Assembly: GCA_964468315.1 (NCBI GenBank) | Contig: CAYXTA010000003.1 | Coordinates: 19,000-82,999, forward strand | Direction: 5' to 3' | From: an uncultured Candidatus Saccharibacteria bacterium | GTDB lineage: Bacteria; Patescibacteriota; Minisyncoccia; Phycocordibacterales; UBA9973 | DNA: 64,000 bases | Shown: one piece after another, positions 27,022 to 36,093 of the stretch | Layout of the letters: every line of letters begins with the position of its first letter | Numbering within the stretch: the stretch's first letter is position 1 | Program-made: the position numbers and the translations under genes | The notes under the pieces: model-generated | The model's input: only the letters and a program-made list of their open reading frames with translations | Told to the model about the DNA's origin: nothing | Databases searched by the model: none

Positions 27022-29388
27022 ATGAAAAAAAATCTTTTAACCTACTTTTTAGCAATATTCGTTATAATTACAGGTTTTTTTGTTTCTGTTCATACAGCTC
27101 AAGCTTCAAGTACTGACAATATATATGGTTGGGGATGGTCAGATACTATAGGATGGATAAGTTTCAATAATTGTAGTGATCCTGCTGTTGCTTCTACTTG
27201 TCTTGGACAAAGTTATGGTGTTAAGTACGATACTACTGGAGATGTTACGGGTTATGCTTGGTCAGATACTATAGGATGGATACAGTTTGGAGGTTTAGGA
27301 GGTTTCCCTGGTGTTGGAGGACAAGCACATATAGATACAACAACAGGACAAATGACTGGTTGGGCTAAAGCTATTTCTTTAGAGAATCCAAATGATAATG
27401 AATTTTCTTCAGATTGGGCAGATGGATGGATAAGTCTTTCTGGTCTTGCTTCAAATGGAGCAAAATCTCCTTATGGAATAAGTTTTAATATGACTTCTGG
27501 CTTACCAAATGCCAATTCTTTTGCTTGGGGTTCAAATGTTTTGGGTTGGATAACTTTCGGGCAAGTTAAATTAAAAACTACACTTGTAACTACTTTAGAT
27601 CCAAAGATTATATTAACAGTCACAGAGCTTAATGCTTCAAATGTCCCTGTAAATGTCACAGGAGGAACAACTCCACCACCTAACAAGGCTTCTGCTACAT
27701 CTACTACAACAGTTAGTGGTTCTGATGGCACTGCTATTATAAATGGTCATAAATTAAAGATAGAATGGGGAGCTCAAGATGTAGATTATGCTACTTGTGA
27801 AGGTAGAAATACTTATTCAGATACTAATTGGGATTGGAATCCACCTAGTTATTTTGCACCATTTACTCCTGCTACAAGTTGGGGAAGTGCTATTACAAAT
27901 ATTTTATCACCTGCTCAAGAAACAAATATAGACTTTACTCTTAGATGTAAAGCAAAAAATGCAAACAAACCACTTGATCCTTATATAACAGCAACTATAA
28001 ATATAGATGTGAAAGCCCCAGCCCCTTCTGTGACTCTTTATGCAAATGGTCAAACAAATGCAAATGGAAATATTATTTATGTGCAATTAGGTGGAAATGT
28101 TACACTTTCTTCAAAAGGAAATAATCTAGACTTGGGTACATCTGGTAGTGGTGATTGGCCTACAGCTGATCCTGTTAAGGGTGTATTATGTCCAAAAGCT
28201 TTAAATATTTTTACAAATTATATTCCTTTTTCTCTAGATACTATAGGTGTTTATACATATAACATTTCTTGTTTCTCAGATACAGGTAATAGAATAGATG
28301 GTTCAGTTACAGTAAATGTTGTTACAACAATACCAAATACTCAAAAACTTTTACTTAGAATTACAGACTTAACTGACCCAACTAATATAAAAGATGCTTT
28401 GTCTGATGCAAATAACAAAGAAGTTTCATCAACTCTTTCAGGGGATATATTAGAGGGTCGTGACATAAAAATAGAGTGGGGAACGGATAATATCCCCCCA
28501 GATGAAAGACAATCAAAATGTTTTGCTTCATCTTCTGTGGCATCAAATTGGAATTGGTTAAATAATCCTTATGATGCAACAATAAATCCATCCCACCTAG
28601 GAAGTGCAACAAGTACTCCTTCCATCTTTGTATCACCACTCCCTGGTTCTATTACTTACCAAGTTGCTTGCCCAAAATTAAACTCCGGTATAAGTTTGAC
28701 GTCAAGTATTACTGTAAATATAAAACCATCTATTGTTACTGGAGGTGATTCTTTGACTATTAATCCTATTAGTCCTTTAGATTGTAGAGCTGATAGTTTC
28801 TTTCCTGAAGTAAAAGTTTCACCTAAGGATTTAGATTTATCAAGCGAAAAATGTGTATTTAGAATAACTGGACCAAACGGATTTTTACTTAATACTTCTG
28901 CCACACCTTCACCTAGTGCTCCTTCAACTTCATATAGTATTGGAGGTTTACCTGGTAATAGTTCTACGTCTTTGCAAAATTATGACGTTACCTTGATATG
29001 TTCTACTATTTCTTCAAATACAGAAACATTCGGTATCAATAGTTGTGTACAAACATCTTCACTTACTTCAAATATGAGAGATATGTGTCTTAAATCAGGA
29101 GACCAATTTACTTTCACTTGGAGTTCAACAAATATGGTTAATGATAGTTGTGTTGTAACAGAAACAGATCAAAATGGAAAAGAAATTAAAAGTTACAATG
29201 TTGCTACTAGCGATACACAATCATTCCCAGTAAATTCTCCACTTTCTTCATTTAAACTTTCTTGTCAAAGTAGTCTCGATGGAGCATTCTGGAGCGCAGG
29301 TCCTGCTTTAGTTGAAACTGCTGATAAAAATGGAGTTTGTCATACCGTAAAAGCAAAAAGGAAAGCCCCAATATACAAAGAAATTTAG
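27022..29388 (+). CDS. large secreted surface protein (788 aa): Trp-rich repeat module, Thr-rich linker, Cys-paired beta-sandwich-like repeats
   Basis: signal peptide MKKNLLTYFLAIFVIITGFFVSVHTAQA; five GWxWSDTIGWIxF-type repeats; about 9 Cys pairs at 50-70 aa spacing. Confidence 0.8.
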   Translation: MKKNLLTYFLAIFVIITGFFVSVHTAQASSTDNIYGWGWSDTIGWISFNNCSDPAVASTCLGQSYGVKYDTTGDVTGYAWSDTIGWIQFGGLGGFPGVGGQAHIDTTTGQMTGWAKAISLENPNDNEFSSDWADGWISLSGLASNGAKSPYGISFNMTSGLPNANSFAWGSNVLGWITFGQVKLKTTLVTTLDPKIILTVTELNASNVPVNVTGGTTPPPNKASATSTTTVSGSDGTAIINGHKLKIEWGAQDVDYATCEGRNTYSDTNWDWNPPSYFAPFTPATSWGSAITNILSPAQETNIDFTLRCKAKNANKPLDPYITATINIDVKAPAPSVTLYANGQTNANGNIIYVQLGGNVTLSSKGNNLDLGTSGSGDWPTADPVKGVLCPKALNIFTNYIPFSLDTIGVYTYNISCFSDTGNRIDGSVTVNVVTTIPNTQKLLLRITDLTDPTNIKDALSDANNKEVSSTLSGDILEGRDIKIEWGTDNIPPDERQSKCFASSSVASNWNWLNNPYDATINPSHLGSATSTPSIFVSPLPGSITYQVACPKLNSGISLTSSITVNIKPSIVTGGDSLTINPISPLDCRADSFFPEVKVSPKDLDLSSEKCVFRITGPNGFLLNTSATPSPSAPSTSYSIGGLPGNSSTSLQNYDVTLICSTISSNTETFGINSCVQTSSLTSNMRDMCLKSGDQFTFTWSSTNMVNDSCVVTETDQNGKEIKSYNVATSDTQSFPVNSPLSSFKLSCQSSLDGAFWSAGPALVETADKNGVCHTVKAKRKAPIYKEI

Positions 29389-29456
29389 TAAGTGTTATAA
29401 TTAAAAGATTAAATTTAAAAAATTATTAGTAAATTATTAGGATAGATAAAAATATT

Positions 29457-30473
29457 ATGAAAAAAGAATTTATACAATCAATAAAGTTTCTACTTCTCAG
29501 TATTGTTGTTGGCGTGAGTGTTTCATATGCATCTGCTGCTGGAGTTGCTGGTAGTTGGGTTGGGCCTACAGCAACAGCTCCAAATGGAAATGTATACGGA
29601 CCGATAAATGTTGGCCCAAGTAATCAAACAAAACAAGGTATTCTTGCTGCAGGAAACTTATATTCAAATAATAATATTTTTGCTGGCTCAGCTTCTTTCT
29701 CACAAAACTACCCTGGTACTTTGACTGGTGGATCTGTTTCTGCAAATTGGTTTTGTTTACCTCCAGTATCTGGAGCTAACGCCGACTGTATAACCAAATG
29801 GGCTGACATTCTAGCAAATAACAATATTCTTTCTCTTCCAACAGGTACTATCTTAGGTCAAACATTATACTGGGACACAACAGCACCTGCTAAATGGAAA
29901 GTAAATAATATTTTTAAAATAAATCCTACTACTAACGTAGCTAGTGTTACAGGTAAATTAGATGTATCAAGCGATGTTACATTAAACGGAAACATTATAG
30001 CTCCAACTCTTGCAAGTAAAACACTTTGTACAGATGCTACAGGTAAATTCATAGCTTGTGCAGGAGGTACAGCAAACCCAGGAGGAGTATTACCTCTTGG
30101 TACTTCTGAAGGACAAACATTATATTGGAGCAATACTACTCCTGTGCAGTGGAAGGCTAATAGTATACTAACTGTTGATACAGCTACACCAAGTGTAAAA
30201 GTCAACAATGCTACAGTAGTTATCGATCTTACTGGTAACAATGGTTCTCTTGGTAGAGATGGAGTTTATATTCAATCAAGTCTTGATAATACAAACAGCA
30301 CCATTAGTACCAATAGAAATGCTTTTCAATTTTGGAGTACTCAAAATAATGCAAATGCAGATATTATTGGTCGTGATTATGTTGGAAGAGGTGGAACATT
30401 TTCTTCTTTAGTTGGAGGTAACTCAAGTAATGTTTGTGCAGACAATACTGGTAAATTAATCGTTTGTCCATAA
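29457..30473 (+). CDS. secreted protein, paralog A (338 aa) of the downstream gene
   Basis: signal peptide; shares SQNYPGTLTGGSV and a 128-aa identical block with 30488..32836. Confidence 0.75.
   Translation: MKKEFIQSIKFLLLSIVVGVSVSYASAAGVAGSWVGPTATAPNGNVYGPINVGPSNQTKQGILAAGNLYSNNNIFAGSASFSQNYPGTLTGGSVSANWFCLPPVSGANADCITKWADILANNNILSLPTGTILGQTLYWDTTAPAKWKVNNIFKINPTTNVASVTGKLDVSSDVTLNGNIIAPTLASKTLCTDATGKFIACAGGTANPGGVLPLGTSEGQTLYWSNTTPVQWKANSILTVDTATPSVKVNNATVVIDLTGNNGSLGRDGVYIQSSLDNTNSTISTNRNAFQFWSTQNNANADIIGRDYVGRGGTFSSLVGGNSSNVCADNTGKLIVCP
29774..30159 (+). repeat. 386-bp segment identical to 30877..31262
   Basis: compared base by base; also mirrored by identical antisense ORF translations in the ORF track. 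Confidence 0.9.
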
Positions 30474-30487
30474 AATAATTTTTTAAA

Positions 30488-32836
30488 ATGCAAAAACAAA
30501 TAATTAAAATATTAAAAGGTGTTATATTCTCTGTATTTTTAAGTATGAGTTTTGTTTCTGTTTATGCTTCTTGGACTGCACCTACAAATTCTGCCCCAAA
30601 TAATAATGCTACTGGTTATATTGATACTAGTTCAAGTAATCAAACAAAATCGGGACTTTTAGGAGCAGGTAATTTGTATTCAAATAATAATATATATGCT
30701 GGTCCAAATTCTTTTTCACAAAACTACCCTGGTACTTTGACTGGTGGATCTGTGGCGACAACATGGTTTTGTTTACCAATAGACACTACTGGTGGTTCTG
30801 GTGGTACAGGAGCTATTACTTTTATAAAGAAAATAATCTCTACAAATTTTGTAAACGCTGCAACAACAAATCCTTCAGCTAACGCCGACTGTATAACCAA
30901 ATGGGCTGACATTCTAGCAAATAACAATATTCTTTCTCTTCCAACAGGTACTATCTTAGGTCAAACATTATACTGGGACACAACAGCACCTGCTAAATGG
31001 AAAGTAAATAATATTTTTAAAATAAATCCTACTACTAACGTAGCTAGTGTTACAGGTAAATTAGATGTATCAAGCGATGTTACATTAAACGGAAACATTA
31101 TAGCTCCAACTCTTGCAAGTAAAACACTTTGTACAGATGCTACAGGTAAATTCATAGCTTGTGCAGGAGGTACAGCAAACCCAGGAGGAGTATTACCTCT
31201 TGGTACTTCTGAAGGACAAACATTATATTGGAGCAATACTACTCCTGTGCAGTGGAAGGCTACAGATGTATTGAAAGTACTTTCTTCTAACGGAAGAATT
31301 GTTACAAAAAATGCAAAATTAGATATAAATCTTTTAACTAAGAGTGGGGTTGCTGGCCGTAATGCTCTTTTTATAAATTCGAGTGCTGATAATGTAAATA
31401 GTACATTTATAACAAATACACCAACTTTTACACTTTTCGCAAACAGAATACAATATTCCGGTAATCCAGCTGGGCCAGCAGATATAATTGCTCGTGATTA
31501 TACTGGAAGAAATGGAACTTTCTCAACTTTAGATTCAACAACTAACCCAGGAGTTCTTTATCCAGCATTAGTTTGTAAACAAGCAACGGGTAAATTATTT
31601 CTTTGTCCAAGTCAATGTTATGACCATGTAGATAATGATTCTGATGGTTTTATTGATTTTCCTGCTGATCCTGGCTGTACATCTAGAACAGACAACAATG
31701 AAAGTGATCCTGTTCCACCACCTCCTATTCCTCAATGTTCTGATGGTATAGACAATGATGGAGATGGGCTTACTGATTACGTTGGTGGTGATTTCGGTTG
31801 TACATCTGTAAATGACAACGATGAAATTCATGCTCCAATTGTTCAATTGCTCGTCTCAGGTTTAGCTCCTGTTCCTAGTACTCCAATAACATATACTTCA
31901 ACATTTGGTCCTGGTGGCACAACAAATGCAATGGCTCTTTCATACCCAGCTAATATAATGAACATTTCATATGGAGGTATAATTATTAATGGAGTATTAC
32001 ACCCAGCTGGACCAGGGTATCCAGTACCTATATATCCAAATGTTACTAATTTGTCACCAAATACTATTTGTACGGCATCTGCAAAAGAATTAGGAAGCAA
32101 TAATGATGTGAGTGTTCTTTCAGGATGGACTGGTGTAAAAAATCCCTCAAATCCGTTTTTTGATTCTAGAATTTATCATTTTGGAATAACACAACTTACA
32201 CTTTCTTGTGATGCTGATGGAAATACTGCAACTACTGGTGATATAGGTTCTGGTTCTGCTACTGTTGAAATAAATGGAAGTGTTACTATTGGTTCGAGTG
32301 ATCCTACTAATGATGTTACTGGTTCATTTACTGTTCCTGGTAATATCCCAACCTTCAGTGTTACGTTGATTGGATCAGGAGGTGCTGGTGCCGCATATCC
32401 TAATAACGGACAGGACGGTACAAACACTAATCTTATGATCGGTACAACGACGATCGCTAGTGCACACGGTGGTTCCGGTGGAGGAAATAGCGCATCTTGT
32501 GGAATTAGCCCTAGTGCTCCTTGTGGAGGTGCTGGTTCGTCTGGTTCTGGTGCCGGAAGCTCTGGTGGTACTACAACAAAAGGTTGTGGAGGTAAACCTG
32601 GTGGAGGAGCACCACTTTGTGCTGGTGTATCATTAAATACATCAGGAACAAAAAACCCAGGTTATGGAGGTAATGGCCAAATAAATCATTCAGGAGGAGG
32701 TGGTGCAGGTGCTATATACTTTAATGGAGCTATTTCTAACCCAGGTACTGCTATTAACTATATAATTGGACGTGCTGGTATTGGTTTTGGAAATGTAAAT
32801 GATGGAGGACCTGGAGATATAAAAATTTCTTGGTAA
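30488..32836 (+). CDS. secreted protein, paralog B (782 aa) with Cys-flanked DxDxDG loops and Gly-rich C-terminal domain
   Basis: signal peptide; CYDHVDNDSDGFIDFPADPGC and CSDGIDNDGDGLTDYVGGDFGC; 150-aa Gly/Ser-rich tail. Confidence 0.8.
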   Translation: MQKQIIKILKGVIFSVFLSMSFVSVYASWTAPTNSAPNNNATGYIDTSSSNQTKSGLLGAGNLYSNNNIYAGPNSFSQNYPGTLTGGSVATTWFCLPIDTTGGSGGTGAITFIKKIISTNFVNAATTNPSANADCITKWADILANNNILSLPTGTILGQTLYWDTTAPAKWKVNNIFKINPTTNVASVTGKLDVSSDVTLNGNIIAPTLASKTLCTDATGKFIACAGGTANPGGVLPLGTSEGQTLYWSNTTPVQWKATDVLKVLSSNGRIVTKNAKLDINLLTKSGVAGRNALFINSSADNVNSTFITNTPTFTLFANRIQYSGNPAGPADIIARDYTGRNGTFSTLDSTTNPGVLYPALVCKQATGKLFLCPSQCYDHVDNDSDGFIDFPADPGCTSRTDNNESDPVPPPPIPQCSDGIDNDGDGLTDYVGGDFGCTSVNDNDEIHAPIVQLLVSGLAPVPSTPITYTSTFGPGGTTNAMALSYPANIMNISYGGIIINGVLHPAGPGYPVPIYPNVTNLSPNTICTASAKELGSNNDVSVLSGWTGVKNPSNPFFDSRIYHFGITQLTLSCDADGNTATTGDIGSGSATVEINGSVTIGSSDPTNDVTGSFTVPGNIPTFSVTLIGSGGAGAAYPNNGQDGTNTNLMIGTTTIASAHGGSGGGNSASCGISPSAPCGGAGSSGSGAGSSGGTTTKGCGGKPGGGAPLCAGVSLNTSGTKNPGYGGNGQINHSGGGGAGAIYFNGAISNPGTAINYIIGRAGIGFGNVNDGGPGDIKISW
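30877..31262 (+). repeat. 386-bp segment identical to 29774..30159
   Basis: see the paired repeat. Confidence 0.9.
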
Positions 32837-32844
32837 TAAATACA

Positions 32845-32876
32845 AAAAACACCCTACTAAAACAGGGTGTTTTTTG
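32845..32876 (+). terminator. terminator (caccct-actaaaac-agggtg + T6)
   Basis: hairpin right after the paralog B stop. Confidence 0.6.
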
Positions 32877-32889
32877 TTATACTGGAAAT

Positions 32890-33645
32890 ATGCAAAATAA
32901 AAAGATAACAAAAAAATTAATTGTTGCTAATTGGAAAATGAACCCTTCTTCTTTAAAAGAAGCTACAAAAATAGCTAAAGCCTCTGATATAAATGGTGTA
33001 GTAATTTGTGTTCCTTCTGTTTTTATCAATCCTTTAAAAAAAATTGTTAAAAAAGCAAAAATCGGTGCGCAAAATATTTCAACTGAAGAGAGTGGTGCGT
33101 TTACCGGTGAAATTTCAGGAGATATGATTTATGACTTAGGTGCAAGATATGTAGTAGTTGGCCATTCAGAAAGACGTGAAATGGGAGAAAATAATGTTGA
33201 TATAAATAAAAAAATAAAAATCTCTTTAACTAAAGGGCTTTCACCCATACTTTGTGTTGGTGAAAAAGAAAGAGATGTTAATGATATTAATCATGAATAT
33301 TTTAATATTGTAAAAAAACAAATTGAAGAAGCATTTTTTGGTATTTCTAAAAATCTTGTTTCAAAAATAATTATTGCTTATGAACCTGTTTGGGCTTTAT
33401 CTACGACTGTAGGCCGACATGACACCACTTCAACAGATTGCCAAGAAATGGTTTTGTTTATCAAAAAGATTTTGTCAGATATATTTTCTCAACAGATAGC
33501 TCAAAATATAAAAATACTTTATGGTGGTTCTGTGAATGAAAAAAATATTGATGATTTTGTTACAAACGGTGGAATAGATGGAGTTCTTGTTGGTAAAGCT
33601 AGTCTCGATCTTAAAAAATTTAAATTAATTACATATTATGCATAG
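32890..33645 (+). CDS. tpiA: triosephosphate isomerase
   Basis: IVANWKMN...VGHSERR...AYEPVWA...GGSV; ATG 32890 preferred over the upstream in-frame start overlapping the terminator. Confidence 0.92.
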   Translation: MQNKKITKKLIVANWKMNPSSLKEATKIAKASDINGVVICVPSVFINPLKKIVKKAKIGAQNISTEESGAFTGEISGDMIYDLGARYVVVGHSERREMGENNVDINKKIKISLTKGLSPILCVGEKERDVNDINHEYFNIVKKQIEEAFFGISKNLVSKIIIAYEPVWALSTTVGRHDTTSTDCQEMVLFIKKILSDIFSQQIAQNIKILYGGSVNEKNIDDFVTNGGIDGVLVGKASLDLKKFKLITYYA

Positions 33646-34756
33646 TATAAAAGAATTAAAAAATATAAAAGGGAAAGTTGTTATTGTTCGTGTTGATTTT
33701 AATGTTCCCATGAAAGACGGAAAAGTAGAAGATGATTTCCGTGTAAAAAAAGCTTTACCAACTATAAATTTTTTACAAAAAAAGGGAGCGAAGATTATTT
33801 TGATAGCTCATCTTGGTAAAGGAGGGGAGACATTAGCACCAGTTTCAAAAGTTTTAAACAAATATGTTAAAACAAAATTCGTACCAGAAATAATAAGTGA
33901 AAACGTTTCAAAAGTAATTTTAGAAATGAAAAATAGTGAAATTGTAATGTTGGAAAATTTACGCAATGATGCTGGCGAGCAAAGTAATAATAAATTTTTC
34001 GCTATGAATTTAGCGAAACTCGCAGATATCTATGTAAACGAAGCCTTTTCTGTGTCTCATCGATCAGATGCATCCATAACAATACTTCCTAAAATAATGC
34101 CTTCATACGCAGGGTTTCAAATTCAAGAAGAAATAAAAAATCTTTCTAAGGCTACACAAAACCCAAAGCATCCATTTTTATTTATTTTAGGTGGTGCAAA
34201 GTTTTCTACAAAAATACCTCTTATTAAAAAATATTTAAAACTCGCTGATTATATTTTTATAGGCGGAGCTCTTTTGAATGATTTTATAAAAGCTAAAGGT
34301 TTTGAAATTGGTAAATCTTTAGTCGATGAAAATAATTATGGTATAGATAAAATACTTAAAAATAAAAAAATAATTATCCCTGATTATGTTGTTGTGCGAA
34401 ATATAGAAGGAAAATTAATTCAAAAAACTATAGCTGATATTTATAAAGACGATATTATTTTAGATGTAGGAAATGAATCAATAAAATTATTGGAACCAAT
34501 AATAAATAAATCAAAATTAATTCTTTGGAATGGACCACTTGGAAAATATGAAGATGGCGGATCAAAAGCTACAAAAGAAGTTTTGAAAATTATATCTAAA
34601 ACTAAAGCTGAAAGTATTATCGGAGGAGGTGACACTGTTGAGCTTATTAATGAAATGAAAATGGAAAAAGAATTTTCATTTGTTTCTACTGGGGGAGGAG
34701 CTACACTAGATTTTCTTGCCAATGGCACTTTGCCTGGCATTAAAGCTTTGAAGTAA
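33638..34756 (+). CDS. pgk: phosphoglycerate kinase
   Basis: VRVDFNVP...ILIAHLG...; overlaps the tpiA stop by 8 nt. Confidence 0.95.
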   Translation: MHSIKELKNIKGKVVIVRVDFNVPMKDGKVEDDFRVKKALPTINFLQKKGAKIILIAHLGKGGETLAPVSKVLNKYVKTKFVPEIISENVSKVILEMKNSEIVMLENLRNDAGEQSNNKFFAMNLAKLADIYVNEAFSVSHRSDASITILPKIMPSYAGFQIQEEIKNLSKATQNPKHPFLFILGGAKFSTKIPLIKKYLKLADYIFIGGALLNDFIKAKGFEIGKSLVDENNYGIDKILKNKKIIIPDYVVVRNIEGKLIQKTIADIYKDDIILDVGNESIKLLEPIINKSKLILWNGPLGKYEDGGSKATKEVLKIISKTKAESIIGGGDTVELINEMKMEKEFSFVSTGGGATLDFLANGTLPGIKALK

Positions 34757-34840
34757 ATTAATTTTATTGTTTGCTATATTTTTTTATGTGTTATATAGTT
34801 TAGTTAAATAACTATAAATTAACCTTAAAAAATAAAGAAA

Positions 34841-35650
34841 ATGGGTATGCCAAAAAATTTATTCCTTGTTAGACATGGACAGTCTGAAGGAAATCTCGTT
34901 AGAAAACAGTTTGAAGAAAGTGGTGAAGAATCATTTTTTTCAGATGAATTTTTGGGACTTCACGAATCCCAATATGCACTTACACCTTTAGGTGCTGAAC
35001 AAGCTAAAAAAGCTGGTTGTTGGTTTTCAGAAAATGATTTTTTAAAATTTGATAGAATGCTTGTATCAAACAACGTTCGAGCAATGCAAACAGCTGCTTG
35101 CTTAGGAATAAATAATCCACAATGGATGCAAGATTTTAATTTAAGAGAAAGAGACGGTGGTCTCTTTAATGTAATTAAACCTTCAAAAAGAGACAAGCAG
35201 TATGCTGACCAGCAAAAATTTTATGATACTCAGCCATTTTTATTTCGCCCGCCACAAGGCGAGAGTATAGCCGATGTGTGTCAAAGAATTAAAATTGTTT
35301 TGGATACATTGGCTCGTGAATGTGATGGAAAAAATGTTGTAATTGTTTGCCATGGACATGTTATTAGAACTTTCATGATAATCTTAAATAGATTATCACT
35401 TAAAAAAACTAATGAATTTTTAATGACAACTGAAGAGTGGGGACGAGTTCCTAATTGTTCGATAGTTCATTACACAAGAGAAAATCCACACGATAAACAA
35501 CTAGGTTTATCTGACCGGTTTGATTGGTACAGAATGATTCGCCCGTCTGGTGGTGGTGAAAAAGAAGATAAATTTAGCGATATTGTTCGTACTAAATTTT
35601 CTAACGAAGATTTGCTTTTAGAAGCAGAACATAATAGAGATAAAAAATAA
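34841..35650 (+). CDS. histidine-phosphatase superfamily protein (phosphoglycerate-mutase-like)
   Basis: LVRHGQSEGN catalytic motif and C-terminal VCHGHVIRT. Confidence 0.8.
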   Translation: MGMPKNLFLVRHGQSEGNLVRKQFEESGEESFFSDEFLGLHESQYALTPLGAEQAKKAGCWFSENDFLKFDRMLVSNNVRAMQTAACLGINNPQWMQDFNLRERDGGLFNVIKPSKRDKQYADQQKFYDTQPFLFRPPQGESIADVCQRIKIVLDTLARECDGKNVVIVCHGHVIRTFMIILNRLSLKKTNEFLMTTEEWGRVPNCSIVHYTRENPHDKQLGLSDRFDWYRMIRPSGGGEKEDKFSDIVRTKFSNEDLLLEAEHNRDKK

Positions 35651-35682
35651 AATGCTTTCGTTATTAATTTGAAACGTTACTA

Positions 35683-35711
35683 TGGTAAACCATAGTAACG
35701 TTTTTTTTTAT
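35683..35711. terminator. bidirectional terminator (cgttactatgg-taaa-ccatagtaacg + T9)
   Basis: 11-bp perfect stem. Confidence 0.65.
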
Positions 35712-36064
35712 AAATTATTTTTTATTCTATTTGCATTTTCTAAAAAATTGTCTGCTACTCCAGGAACTTCAGGCCAAATCCAAATATGTGCATGATGTAC
35801 TTCTTCTCCATATATCTGACTTCTGATAATATCAGCATTAAATGCTTTCTTTTGAGCTAATGCTATTTTTTTTACTATTTCAAAATATTCTCCAATGTTC
35901 GGAACATCCCAAACAAAACGATAATGTTCTTTCGGGATAATTTGTACGTGACCCGGACTAAGTGGTTGTATATCCATAAAAGCTAAAAACTTATCATCTT
36001 CATAAACTTTTGTACTTGGTATTTCATTTTTTACTATTTTGCAGAAAATGCAGTCATTATTCAT
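35708..36064 (-). CDS. HIT-family (histidine triad) hydrolase
   Basis: HxHxHxx motif (HHAHIWIW), CIFCKI N-terminus. Confidence 0.85.
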   Translation of the reverse strand: MNNDCIFCKIVKNEIPSTKVYEDDKFLAFMDIQPLSPGHVQIIPKEHYRFVWDVPNIGEYFEIVKKIALAQKKAFNADIIRSQIYGEEVHHAHIWIWPEVPGVADNFLENANRIKNNL

Positions 36065-36093
36065 AGTTACTATTATATGATAAAATCAGTCCT

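Noticed and set aside
27022-32836. CRISPR array or simple tandem repeat explaining the identical antisense ORFs at 29858-30241 and 30961-31236
   Set aside because: It is a single 386-bp duplication inside two protein-coding paralogs, not short direct repeats with spacers
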